Shown in pieces: positions 16,901 to 24,761 of a DNA stretch of 63,604 nt. The notes under the pieces were generated by a model. The model did not search any database. It was given only the letters and a program-made list of their open reading frames with translations, and was not told where the DNA came from. Source of the DNA: Pseudobdellovibrionaceae bacterium (lineage in GTDB: Bacteria; Bdellovibrionota; Bdellovibrionia; Bdellovibrionales; UBA1609); contig JANXMF010000081.1 of the NCBI GenBank assembly GCA_025354795.1, positions 1-63,604 on the forward strand, written 5' to 3'. Each line of letters opens with the position of its first letter. Positions within the stretch are counted from its first letter, which is position 1. Made by a program: the position numbers and the translations under genes.

Positions 16901-19333
16901 AGAGAGTGAAGTGATATCGGTATTCGCACCGCGAGCGGCGGATCCAAGGGCTTGCAAACTGGGTTGTCCCCAAACCGGAGTGCCTGCACCAGCGGAGACT
17001 AGAACCTGCCCTGATGTCCCGACGCCGACATTTACCAATTTAGTACCATCGCTTGATACCATACCACCTGCCGTCACGGCGAGGGCGTTGTTGTTCGTAC
17101 CGCCTTCAGAAATCGGCAGTGCGGTGGTTAAACCTGTGAGCGACAATATGTCGGTGTTGGTTCCACGACCGGCGCCACCAAGAGCGGCGAGAGCGGCAGG
17201 GGCCGCGATTTGACCGGTACCACCTTGAGCAATGGAAAGTGCAGTCGTCAAGCCCGCAAGTGAAGTGATATCGGTATTCGCACCGCGAGCCGCGGATCCA
17301 AGAGCTTGCAAAGTAGGTTGCCCCCAGACCGGAGTCCCAGCACCAGCGGAGAGTAGAACCTGTCCTGACGTCCCGACGCCGACATTTACTAATTTAGTAC
17401 CATCGGTTGAGACTACTCCGCCTGCCGTGACGGCGAGTGCGTTGTTGTTCGTACCACCATTGGCGATGGGCAAGGTGCCGCTGACAGAGGAGGATAACGA
17501 AGCCGTAGTCCAAGATGTCACGCCGAAACCATTCGTCATTAAGATTTGGTTGGCCGAACCCGCACTCGAGGGAAGTTGCATGGTCCAAGACGTCGGATTG
17601 TTCGGCGACGTGATCGCCACATTGCCCGAGCCGTTGACTAGACTTAAACCGTTAGCATTTGTGAGTTGCACGAAGCCAGCACCGGTCGGTGCAAGGATTA
17701 CGTTTCCGGTACCGGATTGAATTGTGGTCGAGGACGCGCCACCGGTGTTACCAAATATCGATGCACCCGTGCCTGTGCCTCCCATAGTCATTAGACCCGA
17801 ACCAGTGGTGAGAACTGAGACCGCGCCATTAGCGCCCGTAGGATTAATATTCACTGTGGTTGTAGCTGCGCCACCGACAGAGAGAGTGCCGGTTGGATTT
17901 AAGCCGGTAATATCAGAGTTCGCGCCGCTGGCCGCAAGACCGGCACCAGACAAGGAAACCCAGGTCGGGGCACCTGCGCCGTTAGCTTGCAGAACGCGTC
18001 CGGCGAGGCCGGCACCGGTATTTTGAAGGCTGGTGCCATCGGTCCAAATGACTCCGCCGTTGGTAACGGGGAGTGCGGCGTTGTTGGTACCACCATGAGC
18101 GATTCCGAGAGTACTGGTAATGTTAGTGGGGTCTGATAAATCCACCAACTGCCAAGTGGTAGTTCCACTGCCGTTAGTTTGCATGAATTTTCCGGCTGTG
18201 CCGCCATTGGGAGGCAAAAGGAAATTGTAGGGGGCGGGGCCTGAGGGCGCATTCAGCGTGATGCTCGATCCACCATTGATTAAATTCAGACCGTTGGACA
18301 TAATCCGCACGAGGCCGACTCCGGCGGGAGATAGCAAAATGCCTCCGGTGCCGGACTGAATAGTATTCGAGCTCGCACCTCCGGCGTTACCAAAAAGGGT
18401 GTTTCCGCTCGAGCTCATGCTGCCGATGGAAACCACGCCGGTGCCGGTGCCTGGGGTCATTACGACGCCGCCGCTCGTGGTGCCAGCAGTAAAAGTCACA
18501 TCGCCACTTGCACCGGTAACGGTGCCAGTGATTCCCCCAGTTCCAGAGCGCAAGATGGCGCTAGCCGCACCGGAGTTATCACCGATCGTGGTCGAGTTTC
18601 CAGCTGAAGATTGATAAATTATAGACGTTGAGCCGGTGATCGAGCCAGTGGCTGAACCTGTACCACCATTGCCAACGCCGACTTGACCCGACAAGGAGGT
18701 GCTAGCAGGAAGCGGTGGAATCATGTTGAGCGCCACCAAACCACCCGCATCGGCCTGAACCAATTTGTTGGCGGCGCTGGCTTGAGTGTTGGCGTAAACA
18801 GTAGTTGCGTCGAGACCAGTGAAAGTTACGGAGCCGGCCTTAACACCTTTTGCGATCTCCGCGATCATAGCCGTGGGAACTGCGCCAATGACGATATCGT
18901 AACTGGGATTTGACCCATCAATGGCATCGCGAGCCACCACACGAACCATGATTTCGCCATTTCCACCGGCTAACAAAAGTGCCGCCCCGAGAGTAAAGCT
19001 TCCCGCGTTGGTATAGTTGCTGGCAAAGCCCGTACAGGCTCCGCAAGCTGTTAGATTCGCGCCCGCGCCGCTAAGGGCGGTGCTAAACACACCTAGTTTA
19101 ACGGGGGTGGCGACTTGAGTTCCCCACACCGCCACGTTGTTGACAAACACCCCATAAGCCATGTTGTAGCCAGAGGGGAATCCCGCCGCCGCACTATCCG
19201 TGACCGGCGTGTTATTGGCTTTGCGCAACAAACCCTGCACATTGAGTGTGTCTATCACCGGCGTGGCGTGTGCTATCCCACACAGACCCGAGAGGATCAC
19301 TGAAATGATGGTTAGGTGGTTGAGTGTTTTCAT
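13910..19333 (-). CDS. Large secreted beta-repeat fibre/adhesin (MAT-like, phage tail-fibre-type repeats)
   Basis: Signal peptide; N-domain LNVQGLLR...GVFSTALSG...AVPTAMIA; LPIANGGT, GANTDITSLxGLTTALSIAQGGTG and GQVLxSxGxGxPxW repeats; C-terminal tip GQIVTF...TLTL...WVEVSR. Confidence 0.75.
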   Translation of the reverse strand: MKTLNHLTIISVILSGLCGIAHATPVIDTLNVQGLLRKANNTPVTDSAAAGFPSGYNMAYGVFVNNVAVWGTQVATPVKLGVFSTALSGAGANLTACGACTGFASNYTNAGSFTLGAALLLAGGNGEIMVRVVARDAIDGSNPSYDIVIGAVPTAMIAEIAKGVKAGSVTFTGLDATTVYANTQASAANKLVQADAGGLVALNMIPPLPASTSLSGQVGVGNGGTGSATGSITGSTSIIYQSSAGNSTTIGDNSGAASAILRSGTGGITGTVTGASGDVTFTAGTTSGGVVMTPGTGTGVVSIGSMSSSGNTLFGNAGGASSNTIQSGTGGILLSPAGVGLVRIMSNGLNLINGGSSITLNAPSGPAPYNFLLPPNGGTAGKFMQTNGSGTTTWQLVDLSDPTNITSTLGIAHGGTNNAALPVTNGGVIWTDGTSLQNTGAGLAGRVLQANGAGAPTWVSLSGAGLAASGANSDITGLNPTGTLSVGGAATTTVNINPTGANGAVSVLTTGSGLMTMGGTGTGASIFGNTGGASSTTIQSGTGNVILAPTGAGFVQLTNANGLSLVNGSGNVAITSPNNPTSWTMQLPSSAGSANQILMTNGFGVTSWTTASLSSSVSGTLPIANGGTNNNALAVTAGGVVSTDGTKLVNVGVGTSGQVLLSAGAGTPVWGQPTLQALGSAARGANTDITSLAGLTTALSIAQGGTGQIAAPAALAALGGAGRGTNTDILSLTGLTTALPISEGGTNNNALAVTAGGMVSSDGTKLVNVGVGTSGQVLVSAGAGTPVWGQPSLQALGSAARGANTDITSLSGLTTALSIAQGGTGQIAAPAALAALGGAGRGTNTDILVITGLTTALAANQGGTGSLTLASAAAGGIVYSDGTMLRNSGAGTAGQLLTSGAGGAPTWGTPSLGALGAAAKGSNTDISSLGFPGNMSVTPTGSLTLNPTGALTITGASAVINPTGTLTLNPSGALTLAGASTAFNNPLILNGSTSGALTISGGSAITTYGITFPSAQGTGFLKNNGSGTLSWTAAATSGANGDITSLTAVTSITSNVAMTSATGVPLTITPGGANDSADLNAGTGTTTSVLSIGGGTAATTGNTVGITGSSAATTGVALAVAAGAANAGALSVNGGGTATTADVAKFVSGASQTSGNTVNIIGGAAQTGNALKVLGGNGASATAVSITPGTDVAAVGLLVSGGTTATTGNTASITGSSAHTSGVALAVTGGAGTTAGALSIMGGSSATTVDVARIMSGSAQTTGNTLNVFGGAAQTTGVALAVTAGAGTTAGALSVMGGNSETTVDTASFRSGTAQTTGNTVRIIGGSAQTTGVALAVTAGAGATSGALSVVGGSNTTVDVARFTGSASQTTGNIVNIIGGSAQTTGVALAVTAGAGTTAGALSVMGGNSETTVDTASFRSGTAQTTGNTINIIGGSAQTTGVALAVTGGAGTTAGALSVMGGNSETTVDTASFRSGTAQTTGNTVNIIGGSAQTTGVALAITGGAGASSGALSVVGGSNTTVDVARFTSSASQTTGNTVNIIGGSGQTSGVALAVTGGALATAGAMSVSGGGTATTANTATIVGSSAATTGMALAVRAGAITTGGGLSVSGGATQTTGKTFMVTGSSGVATVPTATFVGSSGAGNTSINILSQAGIASSATSPDLIQFQSSGAIVLSGVNTNGGYYTTTPAATAVGAAITFAATGQNVQSLSVGSNSGAIATITGCSTGVVKPGQIVTFLLNSAAAAFTITFVDTTTAGMGADKILLNGTATNYVTTLGKPATLTLMCTTLNGFLGWVEVSRGLNTD
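14540..16080 (-). repeat. Tandem 162/165-bp (54/55-aa) coding repeats, about 9-10 units, each of four ~14-aa sub-repeats
   Basis: acctaaacga recurs at 14911, 15076 and 15403 (spacings 165 and 327); protein unit TTGVALAVTAGAGTTAGALSVMGGNSETTVDTASFRSGTAQTTGNTVNIIGGSAQ; boundaries approximate. Confidence 0.85.
16747..17454 (-). repeat. 354-bp (118-aa) tandem duplication within the fibre gene
   Basis: gtgatatcggtattcgcaccgcgagc at 16911 and 17265; gttgttgttcgtac ends at 17100 and 17454. Confidence 0.85.
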
Positions 19334-20281
19334 CTAGTGAGACCTCACTTCATTCGTTATGGAATTAAATCCGGTCAATAGGTCAAAGCTGGGGTTTGGT
19401 GACGTAGCCGTATTGCTGATGGTGGCCGCTGGATAGATATCCACCGCCGACTCTAGGGTTAGAGGACTCCCGCCACCGCTAGAGTCTGTAAAGTGTCCGC
19501 CCGAAATAACACCCGGGCCGATGAGATCCATAGCAGGAGTAAACTGAATAATTTTAGTGATGCCAGAGGAGATGTTGCCGGCCAAATCCACCGCGCGGAA
19601 AGTGTTGGACACTTGACCGCCTGGAATCAAGGTTACAGTGTAAGTCCAGGCGCCAGCCGAGCAGGCAATGGGCACGAGGGCATTGGGTCCATTGATATGG
19701 TCCACGTCAACCGCGCAAGTGCCGGTGATATCCAGGGTCGCATTCGAACCGGTGTAGGTATAGGTCGCTGCGCCCGCCGACGGCGTCGAAATCACCGGAG
19801 TCAGAGGGGCCACGTTGTCAATGTGCACGTTGAAAGTCTTGTCTGAGCCGGTGATGATCGCGCCGGTCACATCGTAAGCGGTGGCGGTCAAAGTTTTGTC
19901 GGCATCTAAAGGGCCGGTGAAAGATTTACTCCAAGTGAAGTTGCCGTCCTCGGGGCAAGTCGCAATCTCGGCAAAGAGTGTACCGCCTTCACTGAATTGA
20001 ACGGTGTCCACGCCGCGGGTGCAGACACCTGAGACTGTGACGTCGAGACCTAAAATATAGGTACGGTTGCTTGCGATAATAGGGGTCCAGCTGGGGCCAG
20101 CCGCGGTGGGATAGACTAAACTAATCGTTACGGTTCCGCCCGCAACGCTGGTACCGCCGCCGGCCGAAATTCCACCGCCGCCAGTACAAGACAAAGTCAC
20201 AAGACTCGCAAATAGCGACATCAGTGTGGCTCGCACCTGGTGATTCCGCACAAAAGTTTTATAGCCTTTCAATCTCATCAT
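19334..20281 (-). CDS. Lipoprotein with two bacterial Ig-like domains
   Basis: Lipobox TLSC-TGGGG; ATAYDVTG, IDNVAPLTPVISTP and FRAVDLAGNIS Big-domain motifs; its TAG abuts the fibre ATG. Confidence 0.7.
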   Translation of the reverse strand: MMRLKGYKTFVRNHQVRATLMSLFASLVTLSCTGGGGISAGGGTSVAGGTVTISLVYPTAAGPSWTPIIASNRTYILGLDVTVSGVCTRGVDTVQFSEGGTLFAEIATCPEDGNFTWSKSFTGPLDADKTLTATAYDVTGAIITGSDKTFNVHIDNVAPLTPVISTPSAGAATYTYTGSNATLDITGTCAVDVDHINGPNALVPIACSAGAWTYTVTLIPGGQVSNTFRAVDLAGNISSGITKIIQFTPAMDLIGPGVISGGHFTDSSGGGSPLTLESAVDIYPAATISNTATSPNPSFDLLTGFNSITNEVRSH

Positions 20282-20291
20282 ATTTTCCTAA

Positions 20292-21602
20292 TCAATCGCC
20301 GTAGTGGCCGCAGTCGCGTTTAATGAAAACTGAGGAGCCAGTGCCATTTAAAACTTCGACCCAACGACTACCGTGGTCTTTGGCCAAAAGCCGTTTGCCA
20401 GAGCCAAAAAAGCCCGCGGCTTCTTTCGCACCGGGTTTGCCAAAAGCATTGCAATTTTTGTCGGTGATCCAAATACGTCCGCCGTCCACCAAATGCGATG
20501 CTTCTTCGGCAGCCGCGAGACCGCGCGCTTGATGGCGCACTTTTTCAGCCCTAAACGATTTTTGGTCGGAGCCCTCGACCGTGCTGGTGAGAGCGCTGCG
20601 TGCGGTCTCCAGTGCCAACGAAGACTTCAACACCAGTCCGTCGGTATTGGTGCTTTGTTCGATGCTTTGATCGCGGCTTTCTTTTAAGCGCGAAGCATAG
20701 TCTTTAATTTTCAAGACTTCCGATTCGAGACGGATATTTTCAGCCTCATTGCCGATGCGTTTTTTATTGGCGGCCAAAATATCGGATTCATAACGGGCAA
20801 CGTCACCTTGTACTTTGCGGCTGGTGTCGTTGCGGCCTTGCTCGGCTTTGGCTAGATCCTGTTTCGATTGCGTCAGTTCCTTTTGCGCTTGCTCAAAACG
20901 TTTCTTGGTTTCCGCGAGTTGCGCCAAGGCATCGTCACGTTGGCGCATGTGCTCGGCCGCGGCCATTTTGGTTTGCACCCACTCGGCGCGCACCTTCATT
21001 TCATCCGCGTCAAGAGCCGCGCGTTTGGCTTCGGCTTCTTGCACCCGCGTTTCACCGCGGGCAATTTCGTTGCGGAAGCGCTCGATGTCCATGGCCATGG
21101 TGTAAACTTCTCGCTCGGCCTTTTGGCGAGTGGCCGCTAGGGCGGCGAGTTCTTCGGTCAATGCTTTTTGTTTAGCCGCGAGTTCGGTGCGTTGGGTCTC
21201 CAAATAATAAAGAGTGGCTTTGCTGGATTCCTGGAGCTGTTGATGTTCGGCCTGATACGAGGAAAGGTCGCCATTGACATGTTGTAAGTCCACAGCCAAG
21301 AGATCGAGTTCGCTTTGCGCTTTCTCCTGGCGCATTTTCAAGCCTTCGATTTGAAAACGGTGATTGGCCACTTGGGTTTCGACATCGCGGCGTTGTTTTT
21401 CGTAGAGATCGCGATCTTGAACCGCCTTTTGCTCCATGTCTTCGGCTTTCTTCTGCTCAATTTGCTGCTGATTGTAGATTTGGACCAATGAAGCTTCAGG
21501 GTAGTATTTGGCTTTGATGGCGTCGTTCTGAGCAAACGCTGCTGAGCCACTGCCCAACACCATTGCGCCAATCAAGGCTTTCAGATTTCGCAGGTGGTTC
21601 AT
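20292..21602 (-). CDS. Secreted long coiled-coil protein with SH3b-like C-terminal domain
   Basis: Signal peptide ending AFA; about 340 aa E/K/Q/A/R-rich heptads; C-terminus NCNAFGKPG...SRWVEV...VFIKRDC. Confidence 0.65.
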   Translation of the reverse strand: MNHLRNLKALIGAMVLGSGSAAFAQNDAIKAKYYPEASLVQIYNQQQIEQKKAEDMEQKAVQDRDLYEKQRRDVETQVANHRFQIEGLKMRQEKAQSELDLLAVDLQHVNGDLSSYQAEHQQLQESSKATLYYLETQRTELAAKQKALTEELAALAATRQKAEREVYTMAMDIERFRNEIARGETRVQEAEAKRAALDADEMKVRAEWVQTKMAAAEHMRQRDDALAQLAETKKRFEQAQKELTQSKQDLAKAEQGRNDTSRKVQGDVARYESDILAANKKRIGNEAENIRLESEVLKIKDYASRLKESRDQSIEQSTNTDGLVLKSSLALETARSALTSTVEGSDQKSFRAEKVRHQARGLAAAEEASHLVDGGRIWITDKNCNAFGKPGAKEAAGFFGSGKRLLAKDHGSRWVEVLNGTGSSVFIKRDCGHYGD

Positions 21603-21641
21603 GTCTTGTTTCCCTTTCGCCCACAGAGTTCTCATGTCTCC

Positions 21642-21669
21642 CTTTCGGCCATACATATTGGCGGCTTGA
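21642..21669 (-). promoter_or_regulatory. sigma28/FliA-like promoter of the fibre operon
   Basis: Minus strand TCAAG-N15-GCCGAAAG upstream of ATG 21602. Confidence 0.45.
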
Positions 21670-21868
21670 GTCTAGGGTGTAGGAATGAGTCAAGGTTTCG
21701 AACAGTTGACGCTGGTCGTGTAAAACTGGAGCGTGCGGCGAACGCATTTATTTGAACTGACGACTGGCGACCGCCTAATTCACCGATACATATTAAGAAC
21801 TCTTAATTGAATGGATTCCGGGATAGAGCTATGGTCTACCACTAGGACTTTCGCCGTGGAGACCACTT

Positions 21869-22834
21869 ATGAAACATAATGCTTTATCCAAGCCTCTGGT
21901 ATTTTTGCCGAATCTCATTTTGATCATGGGTCTCGGCGCGTGTCGTTCGAATCCAAATAAAGCCGAAGCGATACAGACCCAACTCGACCAACCGGCAGCA
22001 GTGAGTAGCGGTCAAAATGTTGGTTTGAAATCCGGCGAAATGGTGGTCCTGAGCAAAGTGCAAATTTCCGAGCGCTTGCGCGATCTGCAGAATGCGGTTT
22101 ATTCGCTCGAAGATCGCGTTTATGGCACGCGCAAACTCGGGAGCCTGGGTTTGTACGGTGATCTTAAAAGTTGCATGCGGCGCAATGCCTCCCATCAATA
22201 CGGTGGGAGCGGAACTTTGGTTTGGACCGAACCGCTCGACCGGGTCACTGATAAGGAAGACGATCTGAAATTGGGTCTCGACGAGAAAAAGGACCTGGTC
22301 GGGGTTTCTGAAGAGTACCTAAAGGATCGGCTACAGCGTTTTCAGGGCTACAAAATGATATTGCAAAAGCGCAGCGATGAGTTTGAGGAAAAGATCGAGC
22401 AATGCAAAGCGGACCTCGCAACCAAGACCCAGGATACCTCGCAGTCCAGTAAAGTGATGGTCAGTGAGGCACCCAAGGTTACCCAAGACAAAGCCGCCAT
22501 TAATACTTATATGTGTAGCTACGTGCGGCCCGGGGCGAGTCTGAGGACACTGATGATGAACGCCTTCGCTCACGGTTGGCTGTCGCTCTCCGATTTTAGT
22601 TTAGATCAGAATCTTTTGGGCGGCTCGGCTAAAGATGTGAAAGGCGAAACCAAAACTAATGCATTTTTATTTAGTGGTTGGAAATTGGCCTTCGATTCCG
22701 CGCCGATCACCGTGGGCCAGCTACTCGACGAAGGCAAGGATGCAAAATTGGTCGCCTGGGTTTATGATCACAAGGCCGAGGTGTCTCGGGCCGCAGCGTG
22801 CCTGCCTCAGCCCGAAGGCGTTTGGAATCATTGA
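21869..22834 (+). CDS. Hypothetical lipoprotein
   Basis: Lipobox LGAC; helical N-terminal half; GGAG RBS. Confidence 0.7.
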   Translation: MKHNALSKPLVFLPNLILIMGLGACRSNPNKAEAIQTQLDQPAAVSSGQNVGLKSGEMVVLSKVQISERLRDLQNAVYSLEDRVYGTRKLGSLGLYGDLKSCMRRNASHQYGGSGTLVWTEPLDRVTDKEDDLKLGLDEKKDLVGVSEEYLKDRLQRFQGYKMILQKRSDEFEEKIEQCKADLATKTQDTSQSSKVMVSEAPKVTQDKAAINTYMCSYVRPGASLRTLMMNAFAHGWLSLSDFSLDQNLLGGSAKDVKGETKTNAFLFSGWKLAFDSAPITVGQLLDEGKDAKLVAWVYDHKAEVSRAAACLPQPEGVWNH

Positions 22835-24078
22835 GGCGGGTCGGACCGCAAATCCGTTAGCGTTTTCTCCAGACCTTCCACTCGCAATATTTTTGCCTCG
22901 CCGGAATCCAGGAGCTTGCATTGGACCTCGCCCCGCGCCCATTCATCGGGTCCTACCACCACTGCCGCCCAACTGTTTTGCCCGGCCGCGCGTTTCATAC
23001 GTTTCGACAGATTGCCAGAAAACCCAATTTCACAGGTTAAACCCGCGGCCCGCAAACGATAACAGAGTGCAAACGCTTCGGCTTCCATTGAACCATGCAC
23101 GGGAATGACTGCCACCGGCCTGGTTTTCACCCCCTCCAACGGCGAAAGTAGAGCCAGGCGTTCCACTCCCGCTGCCCACCCAATGCCTGGAGTCGCAGGT
23201 CCACCCATGGTCTCGATCAACTGGTCGTAGCGCCCGCCCGAAAGCAAAGCATCTTGCGCGCCCAGAGCGCTCGATTTGAATTCAAACACGCAGTGCGTGT
23301 AATAATCGAGGCCGCGCACCAAAAATGGATTGAGATGAAATTTCAAACCCAGTGCTTGCAAAGAATTGGTCACGGTCGATAAGAATTCGCGACTGGTGTC
23401 GTTGTAATAGTCGGAAATTAGCGGCGCATTTTTAAGCAGCGCGCGATCGCCCTCGTCCTTGCTATCGAGAATACGCAGCGGGTTCAGGCCGAGGCGCCTT
23501 TGACTGTCGGCAGAGAGCTGAGTGTGGTGCCGGGTCAGATACTTGACCAGACTTTCGCAGTAGCGCGCGCGACTCTCAGGATCGCCAATGGAATTGATTT
23601 CCAGTTGTGCTTCAATTTTCAAGCCGCGCAAAATTTCAAACGCGAGAGTCAGGCACTCGACGTCGGCATAGGGCGACGCTACGCCAATGAGTTCCGCGCC
23701 AAGCTGATGAAACTGCCGCTGACGGCCCTTCTGTGGTCGCTCGTAGCGAAACATCGGGCCCGCGTAATAAAGTTTCAGTGGAGTTTTCTGGCTTAAACCC
23801 TCGGAAATAAACGCGCGCGCGATGCCTGCGGTGCCTTCGGGACGCAAGGTCAGCTCTTCACCATTGCGGTCTTTGAAGGTGTACATTTCCTTGTTGACGA
23901 TGTCGGAGGCTTCGCCCAGCGTACGCTTGAACACTTCGGAAAATTCGAATATGGGTGTCGACATTTCATGAAAGCCGAAGCGTGCAGAAATCGATCTCGC
24001 GCACTCGACGATCATGTTATGCTTGGCTTGGGCTTCGGGCAAAAGGTCTTGGGTGCCTCGGACACTTTGTAATGACAT
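22828..24078 (-). CDS. hisS: Histidine--tRNA ligase
   Basis: RGTQD, KEMYTF, LRPEGTA, FRYERPQKGRQRQFHQ, LVRGLDYY, GGRYD. Confidence 0.98.
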   Translation of the reverse strand: MSLQSVRGTQDLLPEAQAKHNMIVECARSISARFGFHEMSTPIFEFSEVFKRTLGEASDIVNKEMYTFKDRNGEELTLRPEGTAGIARAFISEGLSQKTPLKLYYAGPMFRYERPQKGRQRQFHQLGAELIGVASPYADVECLTLAFEILRGLKIEAQLEINSIGDPESRARYCESLVKYLTRHHTQLSADSQRRLGLNPLRILDSKDEGDRALLKNAPLISDYYNDTSREFLSTVTNSLQALGLKFHLNPFLVRGLDYYTHCVFEFKSSALGAQDALLSGGRYDQLIETMGGPATPGIGWAAGVERLALLSPLEGVKTRPVAVIPVHGSMEAEAFALCYRLRAAGLTCEIGFSGNLSKRMKRAAGQNSWAAVVVGPDEWARGEVQCKLLDSGEAKILRVEGLEKTLTDLRSDPPQ

Positions 24079-24107
24079 CCGAGTACTTTAAAAGAGCGGG
24101 TTAAAAA

Positions 24108-24761
24108 ATGAAACCAAAGATTTACGATCTGACCCCTAAAATCTCGCCATCACTAGGGGTTTTTCCCGGTGATCAGGGTTTTGAGCGGCAGGTGGCGCTT
24201 AGTTTCAAGAGTGGAAATCATCTCGAGCTCTCGAGCATAAAAACCACGCTTCATCTCGGGGCCCACGCCGACGCCCCAAGTCACTATGCGGCGGGAGGCG
24301 TGAGCATCGCCGAGCGCGAGGTTTTGCGCTACTTCGGCCTGTGCCAAGTGATGCGGGTTTCGGGACTTGGACCTAAGCAGCGAGTGACCCCGCAGCACCT
24401 GCAAACGTCGGTGCAGGCGCCACGGGTTTTGATCGATACCCAATCCTTCGCCAATCCGGAGCAATGGGACGCCGACTTTTGCGCGTTTTCGCCCGAGCTT
24501 TTAAACTGGCTTGCGGACAGAGGTGTTCGCCTCGTCGGCATTGATACGCCGTCCGTCGATCCCGAGGATTCTAAGTTGCTCGAGGCCCATCAGGTTCTCT
24601 GGGCAAGGGATTTTGCGGTGCTTGAGGGGCTATTGTTAAAAGATGTTCCAGAGGGACTTTACACTTTATCGGCGCTGCCTCTGCCGATCGTGGACGGCGA
24701 GGCTTCACCGGTGCGTGCGGTATTGTTTCCGCGCCTTCAAGAGGTGGTGGACTGGGAGTAA
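24108..24761 (+). CDS. kynB: Cyclase-family kynurenine formamidase
   Basis: HLGAHADAPSH, VGIDTPSVD, LPLPIVDGEASPVRAVL; adjacent to TDO. Confidence 0.85.
   Translation: MKPKIYDLTPKISPSLGVFPGDQGFERQVALSFKSGNHLELSSIKTTLHLGAHADAPSHYAAGGVSIAEREVLRYFGLCQVMRVSGLGPKQRVTPQHLQTSVQAPRVLIDTQSFANPEQWDADFCAFSPELLNWLADRGVRLVGIDTPSVDPEDSKLLEAHQVLWARDFAVLEGLLLKDVPEGLYTLSALPLPIVDGEASPVRAVLFPRLQEVVDWE

Noticed and set aside
14540-17454. Regularly spaced DNA repeats as a CRISPR array
   Set aside because: Periods are multiples of 3 inside one ORF, there are no unique spacers, and no cas genes are present
14016-18913. Many + strand ORFs (e.g. 15375..16313, 17232..17720) opposite the fibre gene
   Set aside because: Antisense shadows of a Gly/Ala/Thr-rich repeat gene; no RBS or protein-like features
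13910-19333. Prophage tail gene
   Set aside because: Has a Sec signal peptide, and no integrase, capsid, terminase or baseplate genes are nearby
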